Source of the DNA: Escherichia coli
Lineage (GTDB): Bacteria; Pseudomonadota; Gammaproteobacteria; Enterobacterales; Enterobacteriaceae
Length of the DNA: 64,000 nt
Direction: 5' to 3' (one strand)
Assembly (NCBI RefSeq): GCF_044324785.1
Contig: NZ_CP172127.1
Below, in pieces: positions 24,944-37,253 of this stretch. The position numbers were made by a program, and so were the translations under genes. Numbering within the stretch: position 1 is the first letter of the stretch; each line of letters opens with the position of its first letter. The notes beneath the pieces are model-generated. The model saw only the letters and a program-made list of their open reading frames with translations. It did not search any database and had not been told where the DNA came from.

Positions 24944-27133
24944 TTAGAAACGGAAGGTTGCGGTTGCAACGACCTGACGTTCTGCGCCCCAGAAGCAGCC
25001 ATAGGTCTGGAAGCAACTGGCAACATACTCACGATCGAGCAAATTGTTGACGTTCACAGCAAGGCTGGATCCCGCCATACCAAAGCGTGCCAGATCATAT
25101 TTTACAACAGCATCCATTACAGCTGCGCTACCCACTTTAAAAGTGTTCGCCGGATCACCATAGCTGGAACCAATAAAACGACCACCTGTTCCCAATGTTA
25201 AACCAGAAAGCGGCCCTTCATTGAAGGTATAATCCCCCCAGAGAGATGCCATATGCTCCGGTACTTGTTCTGGAGTTTTACCTTTGAGATTGGTGTCTTT
25301 GGTGTATTCCGCATCGGTGTAGGTATAAGAAGCCGTCAAGTTAATATTGGCATTTAACGCCGCTTTTGCTTCAAGTTCCACACCACGAGCGCGAATCTCA
25401 CCTGCCGGGACTTGCGCTAATGGGTTTGTTGGGTCTGCTGTCAGGTTATTTGTTTTCGTCAATTGATAGACTGCGCCCGTAACAACGACCGGCATATCAT
25501 TCGGAACATATTTTACGCCAGCTTCATACTGTTCACCTTTCGATGGCTTATAGGAAACGCGCGGGTTGCTCCACAGATCGAAAGCACTCGGTTCAAAGGA
25601 CTGGCTATAGCTAAAGTAAGGTGAAATACCATTATCGAATAAGTAATTTACACCACCGCGCCAGGTGAACTGATGATCATTGCGCTCAATATAACCTTCA
25701 GTCGGCGTATAAGAGTTTTCACGAACAGTGGTCGCTTGCTTAGACCAATCGTAGCGTCCCCCCAGAGTGAATACCCATTTATTCCATTCCGCCTGATCCT
25801 GAACATAAATACCTGTTTGTTTGCTTTCATTCATCTGGTATGGCTCTGCGCTACCAAATGCAAAGTATTCAGGATGGTATTTGTTATAAAGATCGATGGA
25901 TGGTGCAGATCCAAAGCTGGCATTGATATCATTGCGCATACGCATGAAGTCTACCCCTGTCAGCAAAGTATGCCCGACGTCACCTGTAGCAAACTTACTT
26001 TCAAGCTGGGTATCAACGCTAAAGTTTTGTAGACGCTCATTATCCACCACTGTCCCGCGGTTTAGGGTATGACCATCGCTGGCAATCCCTGTGCCATAAA
26101 CACTTTTCTGTGAGGTTTTCATTTCACTGAAACGCAGATTCTGACGCACGGTGAAGGTGTCATTAAAACCATGTTCAAAACTATATCCCACCATTTTCTG
26201 GTTACGGGAGTATGTATTATTCGATGCACCTTCATTGAAGTCAGTCGGTAGACGCTTACCATTAGGCAATGGCTCAACGGTCCCCTCTTTCGGCAACCAA
26301 CCGTAATAACCCGTTTCTGGTTCGTTCTGAAAATAGGACAGGAAAGTAAAATTGGTTTTGTCGTCTGGACGCCATGAGAATGATGGAGCAATGGTATAAC
26401 GCTGAGATTCAGAGTTTTTCTGCTGTTCGTTTGTTGAGCGTGCGAGGCCAGTCAAACGGTAGGAGAACTCACCGTTATCATCCAGCGCATCACTGAAATC
26501 GAATCCGGTCTGAAACAGATTATCCGTCCCCATTTTAAACTGAATTTCTTTCAGGGGTTCAGTTGTCGGACGCTTACTCACCATAGAAATAATCCCACCA
26601 GGATTACTTTTCCCATAGAGAACAGACGTCGGCCCGCGCATCAGTTCAACCCTCTCGAGCATGTAAGGATCAATCACAGCATCGTTATAAAAGTTGCCCT
26701 GAAGTTTTAGTCCATCAAGGTAATTATTTTGATTCAGACCAACAGATGAGAAACCACGAATGATAACAAAATCATATGTATTAGAAGCACCACGACTGCT
26801 AACCGTAACGCCAGGTGTATAACCTAATGCTTCTTTTACAGACTGAAATTGATGCATCTGCATCTCTTCATTTGTCACAACCGAAATAGACTGCGGCGTT
26901 TTTTCAATTGGTGTATCCGTTTTAGTCGCAGTAGCAGAGTGCTTCGCCGCAATAGTTGCAGCCGGTCCCCATGCGCTTTCTTGCGGCGCAGGTGCAGCGG
27001 TAACGGTGATAGTGTCTTCTTTCGGTTCAACCGCTGCCTGTGCATAAACAGACATGCCGCTAACCGCTGTGGCTACTACAACTGCGATTTTACGCAGTGA
27101 GTGTTTTGGCTGAGCAGTTTTGGAACGCGCCAT
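24944..27133 (-). CDS. fhuA: TonB-dependent ferrichrome outer-membrane receptor; allele 18 aa shorter than K-12 FhuA
   Basis: 729-aa ORF MARSKTAQPKHSLRKIAVVVATAVSGMSVYAQAAVEPKEDTITVTAAPAPQESAWGPAATIAA...; TonB-box-like DTITVTA, C-terminal VATATFRF; K-12 FhuA is 747 aa. Confidence 0.93.
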   Translation of the reverse strand: MARSKTAQPKHSLRKIAVVVATAVSGMSVYAQAAVEPKEDTITVTAAPAPQESAWGPAATIAAKHSATATKTDTPIEKTPQSISVVTNEEMQMHQFQSVKEALGYTPGVTVSSRGASNTYDFVIIRGFSSVGLNQNNYLDGLKLQGNFYNDAVIDPYMLERVELMRGPTSVLYGKSNPGGIISMVSKRPTTEPLKEIQFKMGTDNLFQTGFDFSDALDDNGEFSYRLTGLARSTNEQQKNSESQRYTIAPSFSWRPDDKTNFTFLSYFQNEPETGYYGWLPKEGTVEPLPNGKRLPTDFNEGASNNTYSRNQKMVGYSFEHGFNDTFTVRQNLRFSEMKTSQKSVYGTGIASDGHTLNRGTVVDNERLQNFSVDTQLESKFATGDVGHTLLTGVDFMRMRNDINASFGSAPSIDLYNKYHPEYFAFGSAEPYQMNESKQTGIYVQDQAEWNKWVFTLGGRYDWSKQATTVRENSYTPTEGYIERNDHQFTWRGGVNYLFDNGISPYFSYSQSFEPSAFDLWSNPRVSYKPSKGEQYEAGVKYVPNDMPVVVTGAVYQLTKTNNLTADPTNPLAQVPAGEIRARGVELEAKAALNANINLTASYTYTDAEYTKDTNLKGKTPEQVPEHMASLWGDYTFNEGPLSGLTLGTGGRFIGSSYGDPANTFKVGSAAVMDAVVKYDLARFGMAGSSLAVNVNNLLDREYVASCFQTYGCFWGAERQVVATATFRF

Positions 27134-27167
27134 TGGTATATCTCTGATGTAAAGTGAATGATAACGT

Positions 27168-27205
27168 AAACGAGAATGATTATTATAAAGATAAGATAAT
27201 ATTCG
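27168..27205 (-). promoter_or_regulatory. Putative Fur box in the fhuA promoter region
   Basis: Minus-strand sequence cttatctttataataatcattctc resembles the Fur consensus GATAATGATAATCATTATC; lies 35-70 nt upstream of the fhuA ATG. Confidence 0.55.
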
Positions 27206-27352
27206 AAACGCTGGCGGGTTCGCAAGCGGTACGCAATCTGAGCGTTCCTGAAGGGTTAATAAACAACCAGATGAAAAGAAAGGGTTAATACTTTGGGTGG
27301 GATGTTATTTTACCGGATGGCTACTCGCCATCCGGTATGTCACGCTTAGACG

Positions 27353-29878
27353 TTAATTACTACCAAACATATCCTTGATCCAACCAGCTACACCGTCGCT
27401 GTCTTTCTGCTCTTGCTGAGCAGGTTGCTGTTGCTGCGGCTGAGAAGACTGATCAAACGGATTGCCTGACGGTTGCTGCTGCATCTCACTCTGCTGGCAC
27501 AGCGATTGCGGATCGCTGGTCCAGACCGGCAAGACACGCATACCACCGCTGCAAACAAAGTTGCCGTCGTAGTCCACGCCCATATCTGCAATATCTTCTG
27601 GCGGAACAAGATTTAGCGGCGTTGGCGTCTGGTTAGCCAGATAACGCTGATAAATCGACATTGCCCCGCTGGCTCCATACAGTTTGGTCGGCTGGTTGTT
27701 ATCACGGCCGACCCAGGTGATGGTCACCGTGCTGCCGTCAATGCCCGCAAACCAGGTATCTACGTTGTTGTTGGTAGTCCCGGTTTTTCCCGCCAGATGC
27801 AGATTTGGATATTTCGCCCCAAGCTGACGCCCCGTACCACGTTGTACCACCTGCTGCATGGTCCATAGTGTCAGATACGCCGCCTGCGCCGGAACAGCGC
27901 GTTCTGCCTGCGGGAAGCTCTGATACAGCACCTTGCCATCTTCCGCGATTACCGAACGCAGCGCAGAAAGCGGAGCACGGTTACCGCCGCTGGCGATGGT
28001 CTGGAATGCCTGCGCCACTTCGATTGGCGTTAAGTTCAACGCCCCCAGCAGCATCGCCGGAACCGGATGCAGCTGATCTTTCGGTACGCCCAGTTTAATC
28101 CAGGTCTCCGTAACCGCAGGCAGCCCCAGCGCCATCCCCAGATTTACCGTCGGCACGTTCATCGAACGGGTCAACGCATCCACCAGCATCACTCTGCCGC
28201 TTTCGCTATAACGACGGTCATCGTTCTGCGGTGACCAGACCTGGCCATTTGGCTGACGCAGCGCGATTGGCGCATCCGCAATCCACGTATTCAGACGATA
28301 GATTTTCGGCTGGCTTAAAGCCGTCAGATAAGTCGCTGGTTTTGCAAGGGAACCAATCGAACGACGCGCCTGCATCGCACGGTTGTAGCCCGCAAACTGC
28401 GGCTCAGAACCACCGACCATCGCACGAACTTCACCGCTAAAGCGGTCAACAACCACAATCGCGGTTTCAAGATCGCTCAACTTACGCTGTTTCTTCAGTG
28501 CCGGAATGCCTTCCACGGCGGCTTTTTCTGCCGCGTCCTGGGCCACCGAGTCAAAGGTAGTGAAGATCTTCACGCCGGAGAGATCTTTTACCTTATCGCC
28601 TAATTTCGCCTGCAGCTCCTGACGCACCAGTTGCATAAAGGCTGGCTGAGGAGAGATCACCCCACCGCGCGGCTGAACACCCAGCGGACGTGCACTCAAC
28701 ATATCATAGAGTTCTTGATCAATAATCTGTTGCTGTTGCAGCAAACGTAGCACCAGGTTACGTCGCTCCAGCGCCAGTTTCGGGTTACGCCACGGGTTGT
28801 AGATGGACGCCCCTTTAACCATACCCACCAACAGCGCCTGCTGATCGAGGCTCAATTCTTCTACCGGACGACCAAAGTAATACAAGCTCGCCAGCGGGAA
28901 GCCGCGGATTTCGTTGTCGCCGCTCTGACCGAGATACACCTCGTTCATATACAGCTCAAGAATACGGTCTTTGCTGTAACGCGCGTCCATGATCAGCGCC
29001 ATGTAAGCTTCGTTCGCTTTACGCCAGTAAGAGCGCTCGCTGGAGAGGAACAGGTTTTTCACCAGCTGTTGCGTCAGCGTACTCGCACCCTGCACCGTGC
29101 GTCCGGCGGTCAGGTTTGCCAGCACCGCACGCCCAATTGAGTAGAGGCTGATCCCATCATGTTCGTAGAAATGACGGTCTTCTGTCGCCAGCAAAGTATC
29201 CACCAGCAAATCCGGGAAACCACTGCGCGGCACAAACAGACGCTGCTCACCGTTTGGCGAAGAGATCATGGTGATCAGACGCGGATCAAGACGGAAGAAA
29301 CCGAACTGACGGTTGTTCTCCATATTGACGATCGTCGCCAGATGATCGCCATCAAAGGTCAGACGTGCACGCACCTGCCCTTCTTTACTGTCCGGGAAAT
29401 CAAACGGACGGCGGATCATCTCAATGCTGTTGGCCTGCACGGTAAATTCGCCGGGACGGGTCATTTTCGACACCTGACGATACTGGGTCGCCTCCAGCAG
29501 CTTCACCATCTCGTTCTTGCTGATGGTCATGTCTGGCTCAAGGTTGACCATCCGGCCATAAACTGCCGCGGGCAGTTGCCAGACCTTACCATCAATACGG
29601 CTGCGAATTTTTTGATCGAGATAAACGCCGTAAATGGCGATCAGCACGGCAAAAACGATAGCCAGTTTTAGCAGCAGCCATAGCCAGCCGCGTTTGCCAC
29701 GAGGCTTACGCCCTTTGCCTTTGCCCTTACCTTTGCGCGGCATCGGTTCTTCATCCTCATAGTCATCATAATCGTCGTAATCATCGTCATCTTCGTAACG
29801 ACGACGGCTTACCTTTTGTTTGACCGGACGCGTCGGTTTCCCTTTGCGTCCAATTGGCTCGCGGTCATTCCCGGCCAT
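27353..29878 (-). CDS. mrcB: penicillin-binding protein 1B (bifunctional glycosyltransferase/transpeptidase)
   Basis: ORF track 846 aa; start at [20 protein letters not shown]... gives 844 aa; acidic [15 protein letters not shown] and basic [17 protein letters not shown]-terminal tracts. Confidence 0.96.
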   Translation of the reverse strand: MAGNDREPIGRKGKPTRPVKQKVSRRRYEDDDDYDDYDDYEDEEPMPRKGKGKGKGRKPRGKRGWLWLLLKLAIVFAVLIAIYGVYLDQKIRSRIDGKVWQLPAAVYGRMVNLEPDMTISKNEMVKLLEATQYRQVSKMTRPGEFTVQANSIEMIRRPFDFPDSKEGQVRARLTFDGDHLATIVNMENNRQFGFFRLDPRLITMISSPNGEQRLFVPRSGFPDLLVDTLLATEDRHFYEHDGISLYSIGRAVLANLTAGRTVQGASTLTQQLVKNLFLSSERSYWRKANEAYMALIMDARYSKDRILELYMNEVYLGQSGDNEIRGFPLASLYYFGRPVEELSLDQQALLVGMVKGASIYNPWRNPKLALERRNLVLRLLQQQQIIDQELYDMLSARPLGVQPRGGVISPQPAFMQLVRQELQAKLGDKVKDLSGVKIFTTFDSVAQDAAEKAAVEGIPALKKQRKLSDLETAIVVVDRFSGEVRAMVGGSEPQFAGYNRAMQARRSIGSLAKPATYLTALSQPKIYRLNTWIADAPIALRQPNGQVWSPQNDDRRYSESGRVMLVDALTRSMNVPTVNLGMALGLPAVTETWIKLGVPKDQLHPVPAMLLGALNLTPIEVAQAFQTIASGGNRAPLSALRSVIAEDGKVLYQSFPQAERAVPAQAAYLTLWTMQQVVQRGTGRQLGAKYPNLHLAGKTGTTNNNVDTWFAGIDGSTVTITWVGRDNNQPTKLYGASGAMSIYQRYLANQTPTPLNLVPPEDIADMGVDYDGNFVCSGGMRVLPVWTSDPQSLCQQSEMQQQPSGNPFDQSSQPQQQQPAQQEQKDSDGVAGWIKDMFGSN

Positions 29879-29971
29879 GCTTTTTCTCCGCAATATTCAG
29901 GCGCAAAAGCCCGATTTTCTGTTCTTCTGTTGCAAGACAGAAGAAGATATCTCTCAAATTTACTTTGATCT

Positions 29972-32401
29972 TCACGAATACTTTTTCGTTCGTCGCGTTG
30001 GTGCTGTGTTTGCCGGGTCGTCCGGCCAGACATGTTTGGGATAACGCCCTTTCATCTCTTTTTGCACCTCACGGTACGCTCCTTTCCAGAAGGCGCTCAA
30101 ATCACGCGTGATTTGCAGCGGCCTTTGGGCAGGGGAAAGCAACTCCAGCACCAGCGGCACGCGCCCCTGAGCGATCGTCGGATTGGTGGCCTCACCAAAC
30201 ATCTCCTGCATTCTCACCGCCAGCGCGGGCGGGTTATCTTCATGATAACGAATGGCGATCCGGCTTCCCGTCGGCACAGTGTAATGCGCAGGCAATTCAC
30301 TATCCAGACGTTGCTGCATTCCCCAATCAAGTAATCCGCGTAGTGCCTGATAAATGTCGAGTGATTTCAGGCCGCGTAGTGAATGCACGCCGCTCATATG
30401 CGGCAGTAGCCACGTTTCCAGCGTCGCCAACAAACTCTCATCATCAACCGCTGGCCAGTCATATTCCGGCAACCACTTTGCGGCGCATAACAAACGCAAG
30501 CGTAGCTGTTCCGCTTCCGCCGTCCAGTTGAGCACGCTTAAACCTTTATCACGAATGCCGTTAAGCATCGCCTGATGCAACTCGTCTTCCGAGGGTTTCG
30601 CCAGCGGCTGCACTTTCACCGTCAACTGACCGATTTGCAGCCGACGCCAGGCTTTCAGCGTACCTTGCGCGTCATCCCACTCCACAGTGTCAGACTGCTG
30701 TACCAGCTGCGGACAGCGTTGTACTAACTCATCAATATCGACCGGCAGCGCCAGTAAAATCCGTGCATCCGGCGAGGCGCTGCCCTGCAATAATAACGGT
30801 GCGATCAACCATTCGTGGCGGCTTAGCGCATCGTCGGCATCGAGCATCGCCCCCATGCCGTTTGCCAGTTGATAGCGTCCATCTTGCCCACGGCGACGAG
30901 CAATGCGATCGGCATACGCCCCGGCAAGTAGCGGCGCGATAAGCGAACTGTCTGCCTCACCGCCGCGTACGTTTAAACGTTTTAACAGTTGCTGACTACG
31001 TTGCTGCCAGGCGGGTTGATTGCGCGAAAATGCCACGCCCAGGTCACAATTGCCCATCCGTGGCGGCTCTTCGAGAATAGCGGCAATTTTTGCCGCGGTA
31101 GCAGCTTCGTCGTCGCTCTTCGCGCTCACCAGCATTGCCGCTAAACGCGGATCGTTACCCAGCGCCGCCATTTTTTGCCCTTGCGCGCTTAGCCGTTCGC
31201 CATCCAGCGCTCCCAGCATCCGTAACAGGCGTTTCGCGGCCTGTAAATTCACTGCTGGCGGTTGATCCAGCCAGCTCATCTGCGCCGGATCGCTGCATCC
31301 CCATTGCAGTAATTCCATCAGCAAACCGGAAAGATCGCTTTGTAAGATCTCCGGTTCACTTTGCGCGGCAGCGCGTTCTGCTTGTTCTTTGGCGATTAAA
31401 TGCAGGCAGATACCCGGCTCCAGACGCCCGGCGCGCCCGGCACGCTGCGTCATGGATGCCTGACTAACGCGTTGAGTAATCAACCGCGTAAGCCCCGTGC
31501 GCGGATCAAAACGCGCCACACGCTCCTGGGCACAATCCACCACCAGACGAATACCTTCGATGGTTAAACTTGTTTCAGCAATATTGGTCGCCAGCACCAC
31601 TTTGCGCATTCCTTGCGGTGCCGGAAGGATCGCTTTTCGCTGATCGTTCAGCGACAACGCGCCATACAGCGGGCAGAGCAACACATCACTGCCGATGCGC
31701 GAAGCCAGTTGTTCCTGCACGCGCTGAATTTCTCCGACGCCAGGTAAAAATAACAGTAATGATCCGCTTTCCTGACGCAGCATTTCGGCGGTGGCTACCG
31801 CAACGGCTTCGTCAAAACGCTGATGCGCGGGCAGCGGTAAATAACGGCGTTCAACCGGAAACGAGCGCCCTTCTGAGATGACGACGGGCGCTTCTGGCAG
31901 CATTTGCTGCAAGCTGTCGTTGTCCAGCGTAGCCGACATAATCAGCAGTTTAAGGTCATCACGCAGACCTTGTTGCACATCGAGTAACAGCGCCAACGCC
32001 AAATCCGCCTGCAAGCTGCGCTCATGAAATTCATCAAGGATCACCAATCCAACACCGCTCAGTTCCGGGTCACGCTGGATCATGCGCGTCAGCACGCCTT
32101 CGGTAACCACTTCCAGGCGGGTATTCGGCCCGACGCAGTTTTGCGCACGCATCCGGTAGCCAACGGTATCGCCTGGCTTTTCGTTAAGCAGCTCCGCCAG
32201 TCGTTGCGCAACGTTACGCGCCGCCAAACGACGCGGCTCCAACAGGATAATTTTCCCGTTAATGCCGGGATGCGCCAGCAGTTGCAGCGGCAGCCAGGTT
32301 GATTTCCCGGCCCCGGTCGGCGCACTTAATAACACCTGCGATGCACAATCGAGAGCGGTAAGTAATTCAGGTAAGACGGCAGCAACGGGCAACGACGACA
32401 C
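29972..32401 (-). CDS. hrpB: ATP-dependent RNA helicase HrpB (DEAH box)
   Basis: ORF track 824 aa from ATG at 32446; K-12 length (809 aa) and a 73-bp spacer to thpR correspond to the GTG at 32399-32401; Walker A SAPTGAGKST and DEFHER motifs. Confidence 0.9.
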   Translation of the reverse strand: MSSLPVAAVLPELLTALDCASQVLLSAPTGAGKSTWLPLQLLAHPGINGKIILLEPRRLAARNVAQRLAELLNEKPGDTVGYRMRAQNCVGPNTRLEVVTEGVLTRMIQRDPELSGVGLVILDEFHERSLQADLALALLLDVQQGLRDDLKLLIMSATLDNDSLQQMLPEAPVVISEGRSFPVERRYLPLPAHQRFDEAVAVATAEMLRQESGSLLLFLPGVGEIQRVQEQLASRIGSDVLLCPLYGALSLNDQRKAILPAPQGMRKVVLATNIAETSLTIEGIRLVVDCAQERVARFDPRTGLTRLITQRVSQASMTQRAGRAGRLEPGICLHLIAKEQAERAAAQSEPEILQSDLSGLLMELLQWGCSDPAQMSWLDQPPAVNLQAAKRLLRMLGALDGERLSAQGQKMAALGNDPRLAAMLVSAKSDDEAATAAKIAAILEEPPRMGNCDLGVAFSRNQPAWQQRSQQLLKRLNVRGGEADSSLIAPLLAGAYADRIARRRGQDGRYQLANGMGAMLDADDALSRHEWLIAPLLLQGSASPDARILLALPVDIDELVQRCPQLVQQSDTVEWDDAQGTLKAWRRLQIGQLTVKVQPLAKPSEDELHQAMLNGIRDKGLSVLNWTAEAEQLRLRLLCAAKWLPEYDWPAVDDESLLATLETWLLPHMSGVHSLRGLKSLDIYQALRGLLDWGMQQRLDSELPAHYTVPTGSRIAIRYHEDNPPALAVRMQEMFGEATNPTIAQGRVPLVLELLSPAQRPLQITRDLSAFWKGAYREVQKEMKGRYPKHVWPDDPANTAPTRRTKKYS

Positions 32402-32474
32402 AAAACGCTCCAGAGGGTTAACATTCTTCGCGGCACATTGTAGCATCGCGGTAATTCATAACCGAGTGCCTCAC

Positions 32475-33724
<1,250 letters not shown>

Positions 33725-33901
33725 TAGAGTAAGTAACTGGTTAATTTACATTCTGGTCGCGTGCGCAAATACGCTTTTCCTCACACAGTTGTCAAGTGTT
33801 ACGTTTAGATAATTGCTATCCGGAAAAGCATCTGCTATTTATAGCGGCCTCATTTTTCCCCCGAACATGGGGATCGATAGTGCGTGTTAAGGAGAAGCAA
33901 C

Positions 33902-34357
33902 ATGCAAGAAGGGCAAAACCGTAAAACATCGTCCCTGAGTATTCTCGCCATCGCTGGGGTGGAACCATATCAGGAGAAGCCGGGCGAAGAGTATATGAAT
34001 GAAGCCCAGCTGGCGCACTTCCGTCGTATTCTGGAAGCATGGCGTAATCAACTCAGGGATGAAGTCGATCGCACCGTTACACATATGCAGGATGAAGCAG
34101 CCAACTTCCCGGACCCGGTAGACCGTGCAGCCCAGGAAGAAGAGTTCAGCCTCGAACTGCGTAACCGCGATCGCGAGCGTAAGCTGATCAAAAAGATCGA
34201 GAAGACGCTGAAAAAAGTGGAAGACGAAGATTTCGGCTACTGCGAGTCCTGCGGTGTTGAAATTGGTATTCGCCGTCTGGAAGCGCGCCCGACAGCCGAT
34301 CTGTGCATCGACTGCAAAACGCTGGCTGAAATTCGCGAAAAACAAATGGCTGGCTAA
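33902..34357 (+). CDS. dksA: RNA polymerase-binding transcription factor DksA
   Basis: ORF track 157 aa; start at [51 protein letters not shown] gives 151 aa; C4 zinc finger [25 protein letters not shown]. Confidence 0.96.
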   Translation: MQEGQNRKTSSLSILAIAGVEPYQEKPGEEYMNEAQLAHFRRILEAWRNQLRDEVDRTVTHMQDEAANFPDPVDRAAQEEEFSLELRNRDRERKLIKKIEKTLKKVEDEDFGYCESCGVEIGIRRLEARPTADLCIDCKTLAEIREKQMAG

Positions 34358-34393
34358 TTACAGCCGTTCCATCACGTTTACCACAGGCGGGAA

Positions 34394-35320
34394 ATGCTCC
34401 CGCCTTATTTTTTGTTCAACGAGATGACAGACACACACTATATTGGCCGCTTTGCCCCCTCTCCTTCCGGCGAGCTTCATTTTGGTTCTCTGATTGCCGC
34501 GCTTGGCAGCTATTTACAGGCTCGCGCCCGGCAAGGTCGCTGGCTGGTACGCATTGAAGATATCGACCCGCCTCGTGAAGTTCCCGGTGCCGCAGAGACT
34601 ATCCTGCGCCAGCTGGAACATTACGGTCTGCACTGGGACGGCGACGTTCTCTGGCAATCGCAACGTCACGACGCCTATCGCGAAGCACTCGCCTGGTTAC
34701 ATGAGCAAGGACTAAGTTATTACTGCACCTGCACGCGCGCGCGTATTCAAAGCATTGGCGGTATTTACGACGGCCATTGCCGGGAATTGCATCATGGACC
34801 AGACAACGCCGCAGTACGTATCCGCCAGCAGCATCCGGTCACTCAATTTACTGACCAGCTGCGCGGCATTATTCACGCCGACGAAAAACTGGCGCGGGAA
34901 GATTTTATTATTCATCGCCGTGATGGTTTGTTTGCCTATAACCTGGCGGTGGTGGTGGATGATCACTTCCAGGGCGTGAGCGAAATTGTCCGCGGGGCAG
35001 ATTTGATCGAACCAACTGTGCGGCAAATCTCGCTGTACCAGCTTTTTGGCTGGCAAGTGCCAGATTACATTCATCTTCCGCTGGCGCTTAATCCACAAGG
35101 CGCTAAACTTTCCAAGCAGAATCATGCGCCTGCGTTGCCGAAAGGCGATCCGCGCCCGGTACTAATCGCGGCACTTCAATTTCTGGGTCAGCAGGCAGAA
35201 GCACACTGGCAGGATTTCAGCGTCGAGCAAATCCTTCAGTTAGCCGTCAAAAACTGGCGGCTTACCGCCGTGCCTGAGTCGGCAATTGTAAATTCAACAT
35301 TCTCAAATGCGTCATGCTGA
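34394..35320 (+). CDS. gluQ: glutamyl-Q tRNA(Asp) synthetase
   Basis: 308-aa ORF; class I aaRS HIGH-like motif in [15 protein letters not shown]; an alternative start at MTDTHY (34424) is possible. Confidence 0.9.
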   Translation: MLPPYFLFNEMTDTHYIGRFAPSPSGELHFGSLIAALGSYLQARARQGRWLVRIEDIDPPREVPGAAETILRQLEHYGLHWDGDVLWQSQRHDAYREALAWLHEQGLSYYCTCTRARIQSIGGIYDGHCRELHHGPDNAAVRIRQQHPVTQFTDQLRGIIHADEKLAREDFIIHRRDGLFAYNLAVVVDDHFQGVSEIVRGADLIEPTVRQISLYQLFGWQVPDYIHLPLALNPQGAKLSKQNHAPALPKGDPRPVLIAALQFLGQQAEAHWQDFSVEQILQLAVKNWRLTAVPESAIVNSTFSNASC

Positions 35321-35379
35321 GCTATGATTAGCCGCTATTTTTTTGTCCTGAATGATGTTTGACACTACCGAGGTGTACT

Positions 35380-36777
35380 ATTTTTACCCGAGTCGCTAAT
35401 TTTTGCCGCAAGGTGCTAAGCCGCGAGGAAAGCGAGGCTGAACAGGCAGTCGCCCGTCCACAGGTGACGGTGATCCCGCGTGAGCAGCATGCTATTTCCC
35501 GCAAAGATATCAGTGAAAATGCCCTGAAGGTAATGTACAGGCTCAATAAAGCGGGATACGAAGCCTGGCTGGTTGGCGGCGGCGTGCGCGACCTGTTACT
35601 TGGCAAAAAGCCAAAAGATTTTGACGTAACCACTAACGCCACGCCTGAGCAGGTACGTAAACTGTTCCGTAACTGCCGCCTGGTGGGTCGCCGTTTCCGT
35701 CTGGCTCATGTGATGTTTGGCCCGGAGATTATCGAAGTTGCGACCTTCCGTGGACACCACGAAGGTAACATCAGCGACCGCACGACCTCCCAACGCGGGC
35801 AAAACGGCATGTTGCTGCGCGACAACATTTTCGGCTCCATCGAAGAAGACGCCCAGCGCCGCGATTTCACTATCAACAGCCTGTATTACAGCGTGGCAGA
35901 TTTTACCGTCCGTGATTACGTTGGCGGCATGAAGGATCTGAAAGACGGCGTTATCCGTCTGATTGGTAACCCGGAAACGCGCTACCGTGAAGATCCGGTA
36001 CGGATGCTGCGCGCGGTACGTTTTGCCGCCAAATTGGGTATGCGTATCAGTCCTGAAACCGCAGAACCGATCCCTCGCCTGGCTACCCTGCTGAACGATA
36101 TCCCACCGGCACGCCTGTTTGAAGAATCTTTGAAACTGCTGCAAGCGGGCTACGGTTACGAAACCTATAAGCTGCTGTGTGAATATCATCTGTTCCAGCC
36201 GCTGTTCCCGACCATTACCCGCTACTTCACGGAAAATGGCGACAGCCCGATGGAGCGGATCATTGAACAGGTGCTGAAGAATACCGATACGCGTATCCAT
36301 AACGATATGCGCGTGAACCCGGCATTCCTGTTTGCCGCCATGTTCTGGTACCCACTGCTGGAGACGGCACAGAAGATCGCCCAGGAAAGCGGCCTGACCT
36401 ATCACGACGCTTTCGCGCTGGCGATGAACGACGTGCTGGACGAAGCCTGCCGTTCACTGGCAATCCCGAAACGTCTGACGACGTTAACCCGCGATATCTG
36501 GCAGTTGCAGTTGCGTATGTCCCGTCGTCAGGGTAAACGCGCATGGAAACTGCTGGAGCATCCTAAGTTCCGTGCGGCTTATGACCTGTTGGCCTTGCGA
36601 GCTGAAGTTGAACGTAACGCTGAATTGCAGCGTCTGGTGAAATGGTGGGGTGAGTTTCAGGTTTCCGCGCCACCAGATCAAAAAGGGATGCTTAACGAGT
36701 TGGATGAAGAGCCGTCACCGCGTCGCCGTACTCGTCGTCCACGCAAACGCGCACCGCGTCGTGAGGGTACCGCATGA
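35380..36777 (+). CDS. pcnB: poly(A) polymerase I, initiating at a non-canonical AUU codon
   Basis: ORF track opens at TTG 35359 ([15 protein letters not shown]...); the K-12 protein (465 aa) begins at the ATT at 35380-35382 ([13 protein letters not shown]...), the known non-canonical pcnB start; this position gives exactly 465 aa. Confidence 0.9.
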   Translation: MFTRVANFCRKVLSREESEAEQAVARPQVTVIPREQHAISRKDISENALKVMYRLNKAGYEAWLVGGGVRDLLLGKKPKDFDVTTNATPEQVRKLFRNCRLVGRRFRLAHVMFGPEIIEVATFRGHHEGNISDRTTSQRGQNGMLLRDNIFGSIEEDAQRRDFTINSLYYSVADFTVRDYVGGMKDLKDGVIRLIGNPETRYREDPVRMLRAVRFAAKLGMRISPETAEPIPRLATLLNDIPPARLFEESLKLLQAGYGYETYKLLCEYHLFQPLFPTITRYFTENGDSPMERIIEQVLKNTDTRIHNDMRVNPAFLFAAMFWYPLLETAQKIAQESGLTYHDAFALAMNDVLDEACRSLAIPKRLTTLTRDIWQLQLRMSRRQGKRAWKLLEHPKFRAAYDLLALRAEVERNAELQRLVKWWGEFQVSAPPDQKGMLNELDEEPSPRRRTRRPRKRAPRREGTA

Positions 36778-37253
36778 CAGTGGCGTATATTGCCATAGGC
36801 AGCAATCTGGCCTCTCCGCTGGAGCAGGTCAATGCTGCCCTGAAAGCATTAGGCGATATCCCTGAAAGCCACATTCTTGCCGTTTCTTCGTTTTACCGCA
36901 CTCCACCGCTGGGGCCGCAAGATCAACCTGACTACCTCAACGCCGCCGTGGCGCTTGAAACCTCCCTCGCCCCGGAAGAGTTACTCAACCATACACAGCG
37001 CATAGAGCTGCAACAGGGTCGTGTTCGTAAAGCGGAACGCTGGGGACCGCGTACGCTGGATCTCGACATCATGCTGTTTGGTAATGAAGTGATAAATACC
37101 GAACGTCTGACCGTTCCGCACTACGATATGAAAAATCGTGGCTTTATGTTGTGGCCGCTGTTTGAGATTGCGCCGGGACTGGTGTTTCCTGATGGAACAG
37201 TATTAGGAAATTTATTAAAAATAAATAAATTTCATGAATTAAACAAATGGTGA
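36774..37253 (+). CDS. folK: 2-amino-4-hydroxy-6-hydroxymethyldihydropteridine pyrophosphokinase (HPPK); C-terminus differs from the K-12 sequence as I recall it
   Basis: 159-aa [52 protein letters not shown]...; ATG overlaps the pcnB stop (ATGA); last 20 codons are very AT-rich. Confidence 0.93.
   Translation: MTVAYIAIGSNLASPLEQVNAALKALGDIPESHILAVSSFYRTPPLGPQDQPDYLNAAVALETSLAPEELLNHTQRIELQQGRVRKAERWGPRTLDLDIMLFGNEVINTERLTVPHYDMKNRGFMLWPLFEIAPGLVFPDGTVLGNLLKINKFHELNKW

Noticed and set aside
27313-27339. Hairpin accggatggc-tactc-gccatccggt downstream of mrcB as a terminator
   Set aside because: No U tract follows it on either strand; possibly a REP-like palindrome or part of the fhuA regulatory region, but there is not enough evidence to call it.
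32402-32446. Upstream ATG start for hrpB (824 aa)
   Set aside because: K-12 product length (809 aa) and the 73-bp hrpB-thpR spacer match the GTG at 32401; kept as an alternative only.
35596-36405. 269-aa ORF on the minus strand
   Set aside because: Antisense to pcnB.
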